The notes under the pieces: model-generated
Seen by the model: only the letters and a program-made list of their open reading frames with translations
Database searches by the model: none
What the model was told of the DNA's origin: nothing
Source: an uncultured Clostridia bacterium
Lineage (GTDB): Bacteria > Bacillota > Clostridia > Oscillospirales > Ruminococcaceae
Length of the DNA stretch: 64,000 bases
Assembly: GCA_947624745.1 (NCBI GenBank)
Contig: CANQLR010000008.1
Location: 1,480 to 65,479 of the forward strand
Direction of reading: 5' to 3'
Program-made: the position numbers and the translations under genes
Shown here: positions 58,910 to 64,000 of the stretch, piece by piece
How the letters are laid out: every line of letters starts with the position of its first letter
Numbering within the stretch: the stretch's first letter is position 1

Positions 58910-59389
58910 ATGAGCTTCGGAATAATCGTTTGCGGGCTGAACGGGAGCGGGAAAAGCGTGTTGGGGAGGGCGCTCGCGGGGCGGCTCGGGTGGAGGTTTA
59001 TCGACATCGAGAACCTGTATTTTCCAAAAAACGACAGCCGCTACCTTTACGCCTCTCCGCGCACGCGCGAGGAGGTCGAGCGACTGCTTTTGAGCGAAAT
59101 TTCGCTGTCTGAACCCTTCGTGCTTGCGGCCGTGAAGGGCGACTTTGGCGAGCAGTTCTGCCGGTCGCTCGGCCTCGCAATCCTCATCTCCGTCCCGAAA
59201 AAAATCCGCTTGGACCGCGTAAAAGAGCGCTCCATCAAAAGGTTCGGGGCGAGAATGCTGCCCGGCGGCGGCCTTTTTGAGAAGGAGTGGAAATTCTTTG
59301 ATATGGTCTCCTCCCGACCGGAAAATTTGGTCGAGAATTGGTTGAGTACATTAAATATCCCGACCGTTCGCGTCGACGGGTCAAGGTAG
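58910..59389 (+). CDS. Small P-loop NTPase / kinase-like protein
   Basis: 159 aa from ATG 58910 with an AGGAGG RBS and Walker A GLNGSGKS. Confidence 0.7.
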   Translation: MSFGIIVCGLNGSGKSVLGRALAGRLGWRFIDIENLYFPKNDSRYLYASPRTREEVERLLLSEISLSEPFVLAAVKGDFGEQFCRSLGLAILISVPKKIRLDRVKERSIKRFGARMLPGGGLFEKEWKFFDMVSSRPENLVENWLSTLNIPTVRVDGSR

Positions 59390-59785
59390 ATTGGGGAAAA
59401 TGTCGGGGAGATATTGCGGCAGGCTGCGGGAGAGATGATTCCCTAAACCTCCGCCGTTATTACGGTGAAAGTCGTACAGTTTCATGGAAATCTCGCCACT
59501 TAGACCGCGTAAAACAGCGCTCCTTCCAAAAGCTCGGGGCGAGATTGCTGCCCGGCGGCGACCTTTTTTAGAATGAGCGGGAATTTTTTGAAACGGTCTC
59601 CTCCCGCACGGAAAATTTGGTCGAGAATTGGTTGAGCGTGTTAAATATTCCGACCGTTCGCGTCGACGGGACAAGGCCGATTGGGGAAAATGTTGAGGAG
59701 ATCTTGCGGCAGGCTGCGGGGGGGAGTTTCTCCCCTAAACCTCCGCCTGCATTACGATGAAATCGGGGTCCCAGTTGGCGCGGCG
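59206..59785. repeat. Tandem duplication, about 290 bp x 2, spanning the convergent 3' ends of the P-loop and GNAT genes
   Basis: CCGCTTGGACCGCGTAAAAGAGCGC... (59206) is paralleled by CCACTTAGACCGCGTAAAACAGCGC... (59496). CTAAACCTCCGCC occurs at both 59443 and 59735. Confidence 0.85.
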
Positions 59786-60175
59786 GAGCTCTTTGAAGCC
59801 GCAGCGGCGGTAGATTTTTACGGCGGGGGCGTTGCTTTGGCTGACCTGTATCTCGACCCGATCTCTTAGGCGCTCGGCGCGGAATTTCGCCATTATCGCC
59901 CCGACTGCCGCCTGCCCGAGACCCTGCCGCTGGAAGCCGTCGGCGATGAAAAGCCCGGTGAAGGAGTACGGATAGCCCTCCTCGGGGCGGTCGCGGATTA
60001 TCACCAAACCGACCGGCGTACCGTCGCTGTAGATCCCAAAAGCGGTGCTGTCGCTGCGGTATATATACGCCTCGGCAAGGACGTATTCCGGGCTGCCGAC
60101 GAACATATTGCTTTCGCGCTTGAGGTTCACGATCTCGTCGAAATTTTTCGCGTCGACCTCTTTCAAAATAACCAT
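59735..60175 (-). CDS. GNAT-family N-acetyltransferase
   Basis: 146 aa from ATG 60175 with an AGGAGG RBS. FQRQGLGQAAVGAIM matches the Q/RxxGxG/A acetyl-CoA motif. Confidence 0.85.
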   Translation of the reverse strand: MVILKEVDAKNFDEIVNLKRESNMFVGSPEYVLAEAYIYRSDSTAFGIYSDGTPVGLVIIRDRPEEGYPYSFTGLFIADGFQRQGLGQAAVGAIMAKFRAERLRDRVEIQVSQSNAPAVKIYRRCGFKELRRANWDPDFIVMQAEV

Positions 60176-60285
60176 AAAAGCACCTCCTGACGCCTTTATT
60201 TTAGCACGTTTTTGCGGGGCGGTCAAGCACACTCACAAAAAAACAGAGCACAGCCCTTGCCGTGCTCTGCGTTTTATTTTTCGGA

Positions 60286-62331
60286 TTATCCGAGAGTTGC
60301 GGGGTCGACGGTGAAGTAGAGGTGGTAGTAGCCGTCGGCGGTGGTGACTGTGCCGGAGCCGGAGTAGTTATTGGTGTAGACCGGCACGGCGTCGACCGAC
60401 TCGGTGAGGTAGAAGGTGTGCGCGCCCTTTGCGACGGTCATGTGGATACCGTCGGACTCGCAGGTGACCTTCTCGGGAGCGCCGTTGTCGACCGAGATCT
60501 CGAACTCCTTGCCCGAGAAGTCAAACTCGCTCCCGTCGGCGGTCTTTATCGGGATAACGACATCGTAGGTCTCGGGGGACTGGTCGTTCGCGATCTGTAT
60601 CCTTCCGGCAACGTTGTCGACGGTAAGGGTGTCGGCGCCGCCGTTAGTCAGGTGGAGGATATAGTCCATGACCAGCTGATCCTCGCCGCCGAGCTCGCCG
60701 AACTTCATCGTCGAGTTGAAGCCGTCAAAGGTCGTGACGTAGTTGCTGGTGACTAAAAGTATATCTATCGAGGTATCGTCTCTTCCAAGCTCGGTGCCGT
60801 CGTCCAAAACTACCGAAACGACCTTGTTTCCGGGCTCGCCGGCGGGGTCGTAGGTATAGGTCAGACCCGAGACCTGTAAGAAGCTGCCCGATGCCTTTTC
60901 GGTCACGAGGCGGCCGGTCTCGTCCTGGCCGGTCATGGTAAGGCCGAGCTCGAGCGCGGTGTAGATCTGGGACGGATAGACGACGATCGCCTCGACGGTG
61001 TTGCCGTGGTTGAAGGCGTTGAGGATATCGCCGCGGGTGACTATGCCGTAGGGAAGGGTGGAGCTTACGCCGCCGCCGTTCTCAACTCCGACGACAGGCA
61101 GAGGCAGGTTGTTGTTCTCGGCAAAGATCTCGCCGTAGTACTTGAAAGCGTCGGCAACGACGTCGCCCATGGTTGTCTCGACGATCCTCGGCTCGGCGTA
61201 GTCATAGTAGATGTAGCCGCCCCAGAGCGGTGCGCCGGTGAGGGCGACCTCCTCGGCAAGGATCGGGTCGATGTCGATTATGCACTGGTCGTATGCTGCC
61301 TGAGCGGCGGCCTTTGCGGCCTCGCCGTCCTCGGTGAGGGCGAACTGTGAGGCTTTTTCATAGTCCCAGACCTCGCCTTTGGCGGAAAAGCTTCCGTCGG
61401 CGGCAAAATCAACGGTCACGGCCGCCATTGCGGTGTTCTGGGTGCCGGTCTGAACTACCGGGATACCGCTGTGATCGAGCTGCTCGACCGAGTGGCTGTG
61501 TCCGTCGATGACTGCGGCTACGGTCGCAAGCTCATCCTCGGTAAGACCGTTAAGAAGGTCCTCGGCGGTATAGGTGGTGGCGAGAGGATTGTCGCCGAGG
61601 TGGGTGACGAGGATTATCGCGTCAACGCTGTCCTTAAGCTCGGCTATCTCGTCCTTCGCGGTCTGCACCTCGTCCTCGAAGGTGATGCCCTCAAGCTGTG
61701 CGGGGTTTGTCGAGGAAGCGGTCATCGCGGTGGTGATGCCGACAATGCCGAGCTTGTATCCGGCGACCTCTAAAACGGTGTGGCACTGAAGAAGAGGCTC
61801 GCCGTCCTTAAGGGTGTTCGCGGAAAGTATCGGGAACTCGGCCAAGGCGGCGTTAGCCAAAAGCGCGTCCGCGCCGTAGTCGAACTCGTGGTTGCCGGCG
61901 GCCATTGCGTCATAGCCGGCGGCGTTCATGACCTCGATAACGTGCTTACCCGAATCGACGGTCGCAAAGCTCTGGCCCTGCGTGGCGTCGCCCGCGTCTA
62001 TAAGAAGCGAATTTTCGGTCGAGGCCGCAATACCCGCTATCTGCGGAAGGCCGATGACACCGTTGTCGGGGATCTCGGCCACAACGCCGTGGATATCGTT
62101 GGTGGAATAAACGGTCACTGTCGCGGGCTCGCGCTCTGCGGGCTCTGCGGGCTCCACAGCGGGAGCTTCGGGCTCCTCGGCGCCGTCCGGTTCGGCGGGC
62201 TGCACGTCGGCGGCCTGCGTCTCGTCATTTGCTCCGGCGGGCTCCTCCTTCTTGTTGCCGCAGCCTGCAAGGCCGAGCGCCAGGGTGAAGCAGAGGATCA
62301 CCGCCAAAAGCTTGAACAGATTTTTCTTCAT
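60286..62331 (-). CDS. Bifunctional metallophosphatase / 5'-nucleotidase lipoprotein (UshA-like)
   Basis: 681 aa with lipobox LAGC and motifs TNDIHG, GDATQG and GNHEFD, plus a C-terminal 5'-nucleotidase-like region. Confidence 0.88.
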   Translation of the reverse strand: MKKNLFKLLAVILCFTLALGLAGCGNKKEEPAGANDETQAADVQPAEPDGAEEPEAPAVEPAEPAEREPATVTVYSTNDIHGVVAEIPDNGVIGLPQIAGIAASTENSLLIDAGDATQGQSFATVDSGKHVIEVMNAAGYDAMAAGNHEFDYGADALLANAALAEFPILSANTLKDGEPLLQCHTVLEVAGYKLGIVGITTAMTASSTNPAQLEGITFEDEVQTAKDEIAELKDSVDAIILVTHLGDNPLATTYTAEDLLNGLTEDELATVAAVIDGHSHSVEQLDHSGIPVVQTGTQNTAMAAVTVDFAADGSFSAKGEVWDYEKASQFALTEDGEAAKAAAQAAYDQCIIDIDPILAEEVALTGAPLWGGYIYYDYAEPRIVETTMGDVVADAFKYYGEIFAENNNLPLPVVGVENGGGVSSTLPYGIVTRGDILNAFNHGNTVEAIVVYPSQIYTALELGLTMTGQDETGRLVTEKASGSFLQVSGLTYTYDPAGEPGNKVVSVVLDDGTELGRDDTSIDILLVTSNYVTTFDGFNSTMKFGELGGEDQLVMDYILHLTNGGADTLTVDNVAGRIQIANDQSPETYDVVIPIKTADGSEFDFSGKEFEISVDNGAPEKVTCESDGIHMTVAKGAHTFYLTESVDAVPVYTNNYSGSGTVTTADGYYHLYFTVDPATLG

Positions 62332-62345
62332 ACATTGCTCTCCTT

Positions 62346-62753
62346 TTATAAGTTCTTTTTAATAGCAAGGATGTTTTTGCCGTCCTTGTATTCGTAGGTA
62401 ATGCTGTCCATCGACTTTTTCACCATGAAGATCCCGAGGCCGCCGATCTCGCGCTGTTCCGCGGAAAGGGTGACGTCGGGGTCGTCCTTTTTGAGCGGGT
62501 CGTAGGGTACTCCGCCGTCAATGAAGGTTATCTCGACCGCAAGAGGGTCGGAAAGGACCTCGACCCTCACCGTAGCGGGGCCGACGTCCGGGTTATATGC
62601 GTATCTTGCGATATTGCCGAAAAGCTCGTCGATGGCTATGTCAATCTGCATCTGCGCCTTCATCGGGCAGTCGCAGCTTTCAAGCTCGGCGTCGACAAAT
62701 TCCGTGACTACGGGAATATTTTCTACCGTCGCGGAAATGTTAAGCTCCTTCAT
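62346..62753 (-). CDS. Anti-sigma regulatory factor-type Ser/Thr kinase (SpoIIAB/RsbW-like, HATPase_c)
   Basis: 135 aa with IAIDELFGNIARYAY (N-box-like) and GGLGIFMVKKSMD (G-box). Confidence 0.82.
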   Translation of the reverse strand: MKELNISATVENIPVVTEFVDAELESCDCPMKAQMQIDIAIDELFGNIARYAYNPDVGPATVRVEVLSDPLAVEITFIDGGVPYDPLKKDDPDVTLSAEQREIGGLGIFMVKKSMDSITYEYKDGKNILAIKKNL

Positions 62754-62774
62754 GAATATCTCTCCTTACGTCCT

Positions 62775-63266
62775 TCAGTTCATAACAAAGCTGAGCGGAG
62801 AAACGCTGTCGGTGACGATCTCGCACTCGTATGTGCCGCTCTTTTCGCCTGCGGAACCGACGGCAATGCGGCATACCCACTCGCCGTCGCCGAAGCCGCC
62901 CGCGTGGATAAGGTAGGAATCGGTCTCGGGGTCGAGCTCCGTCGGCTCGCCCATGCGCTCTCCCACGGTAAACTCCATTCCGTCGGCCCGAAGCGTCTGC
63001 CCGGGGTTGATCTTTGCGACGCTCTCCTCCGAAACGTAGACCGCGGAATTTTCGCCGTCGAAGACGACCGCCCCGCGAACCGTGGTCTCGAGCTTTCCGA
63101 GCGCTCCCCACACTATCATTCCGACAAGGAAGATGACTATTGCCAAAAGCACCAGCCACATTCCCGGGGTCGCGACCTTGATATAGTCGTTCAGCTGCTC
63201 TGGAGAGGAAACGCGGTCAAGGCTCTTTTTTCTGAAAATAGTGTTCTGATCAGCCATAGCTTTCAC
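62775..63266 (-). CDS. Short HlyD/NHLP-secretion-adaptor-like membrane-anchored protein
   Basis: 163 aa. The GTG at 63266 overlaps the upstream stop; an alternative ATG lies at 63257. The N-terminal FRKKSLDRVSSPEQLNDYIKV followed by a TM segment is typical of HlyD-type adaptors, but the protein is far shorter. Confidence 0.6.
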   Translation of the reverse strand: MKAMADQNTIFRKKSLDRVSSPEQLNDYIKVATPGMWLVLLAIVIFLVGMIVWGALGKLETTVRGAVVFDGENSAVYVSEESVAKINPGQTLRADGMEFTVGERMGEPTELDPETDSYLIHAGGFGDGEWVCRIAVGSAGEKSGTYECEIVTDSVSPLSFVMN

Positions 63267-63868
63267 CCTTTAAAAGATTTTTTTATGACAAGGCGGACCT
63301 TGTGAGACTTCACTCCCACCGTTACCTCGTCGGCCAGAGAGGCGACTATCGACTTTTCTAATTCGTCCCACTCCTCTTTTGCCTCGGCAGTGCCGCCCAT
63401 GTTTTCCAGCCCGTTTCTCATGGCCGCGAGCGACCACATTCTTTCGTAGCCGTAGTTCGGAACGTCGTCGTACATATAGTCGGCGTAGGAGCCGCTGTAG
63501 CGCGCGGACGCCTCGTAGGACATCAGGCAGTATTCAAACACTCCGGTGAGCTTGCCCATAAAGCCCTTGTGGGCCTCGTTTTTGCCGCTGGTGGATACCT
63601 TTAAAAGCGCGTCGCGCCGGTCGTAATCGACCCTGCAATCGGCCTCGAGGCAAAGAGAGACAGCGTTTTTGTCCCCCTCGACCCAGAACCTGCCGTCGAA
63701 ATCTCCGACGAGGTTTTTGATAAGCCCGGTCATCTCCTCGGCCAAAAGCCTTAAGCGGAGGGCGTTTTTGTGGTCAAGCTTCTGATACTCGGCGAAGCGC
63801 TCCGTTTCGTTCACGGCCTCGATAACGCCGGTGCCGTCGTTTTTTACCGAAATAATATCTGTTACCAT
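63263..63868 (-). CDS. Hypothetical protein
   Basis: 201 aa, with no recognised motif. It lies between the STAS gene and the kinase gene. Confidence 0.55.
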   Translation of the reverse strand: MVTDIISVKNDGTGVIEAVNETERFAEYQKLDHKNALRLRLLAEEMTGLIKNLVGDFDGRFWVEGDKNAVSLCLEADCRVDYDRRDALLKVSTSGKNEAHKGFMGKLTGVFEYCLMSYEASARYSGSYADYMYDDVPNYGYERMWSLAAMRNGLENMGGTAEAKEEWDELEKSIVASLADEVTVGVKSHKVRLVIKKSFKG

Positions 63869-63878
63869 ATCGCCACCG

Positions 63879-64000
63879 TCATTCTATCGTGAGTATCTCG
63901 TTGAAGCCTGTGATCTCGAAGATCTCCGAGATGGTCTCGTTGACGTTTATGACCTTCATCGAGCCCTGGCGGTTCATGACCTTCTGCGCCGCCAAAAGAA
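63879..64000 (-). CDS. STAS-domain anti-sigma-factor antagonist (SpoIIAA-like), C-terminal part only because the window ends
   Basis: The translation ends ..LAAQKVMNRQGSMKVINVNETISEIFEITGFNEILTIE*. Confidence 0.7.
   Translation of the reverse strand, partial: LLAAQKVMNRQGSMKVINVNETISEIFEITGFNEILTIE

Overview
This looks like a G+C-rich Firmicutes/Clostridia-type chromosome segment from a probable spore-former, judging by SpoIID-, CotH-, SpoIIAA/AB-like and flippase genes. All calls come from reading the ORF translations and the DNA by eye; no database search was possible. Layout: (1) 1-615 is a degenerate ~173-bp tandem repeat. (2) 1244-1319 is an initiator-type tRNA-Met(CAT). It is the insertion site of a visibly lower-G+C ~8-kb integrative island (1275-9258), bounded by a 46-bp direct repeat of the tRNA 3' half. 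The island carries a tyrosine integrase, an excisionase, two divergent XRE switches and an XRE-led PD-(D/E)xK nuclease-fold gene split by a G12 homopolymer. It also carries decayed small genes and an XRE-ImmA/IrrE metallopeptidase plus PIN-like pair. (3) 9259-10554 holds an older integrase remnant and a small serine recombinase. (4) Two intergenic arrays (about 11040-11640 and 26640-27665) are mosaics of GC-rich hairpins. They include four copies of a nested module (outer stem plus three hairpins) with compensatory substitutions. I cannot assign this to a known family and consider it the most unusual signal here. (5) Housekeeping and accessory genes include an ECF sigma with its membrane partner, spoIID, xylB, and a CXXC/4Fe-4S/TlpA redox cluster. 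There is also a 1406-aa secreted transglutaminase-like protein with six His/Cys-rich modules, divergent from a CotH-like lipoprotein. Further genes are a DUF896-WYL regulator pair, an IS1-family element with an in-frame TGA, TetR/MerR regulators and two ABC exporters. (6) The ribosomal cluster is split: rplJ-rplL lie on the minus strand about 2.5 kb upstream of rpmG-secE-nusG-rplK-rplA on the plus strand, and a low-G+C pseudogene scar follows rplA. (7) A starch/maltodextrin utilisation locus comprises a debranching enzyme, a GH13 lipoprotein, MsmX-type ATPase, MalFG-like permeases and a binding protein with an extra C-terminal module. It is followed by a GH53 galactanase, a 290-bp tandem duplication across two convergent gene ends, a 5'-nucleotidase and a STAS/anti-sigma kinase cluster. 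No rRNA genes or CRISPR arrays were seen.
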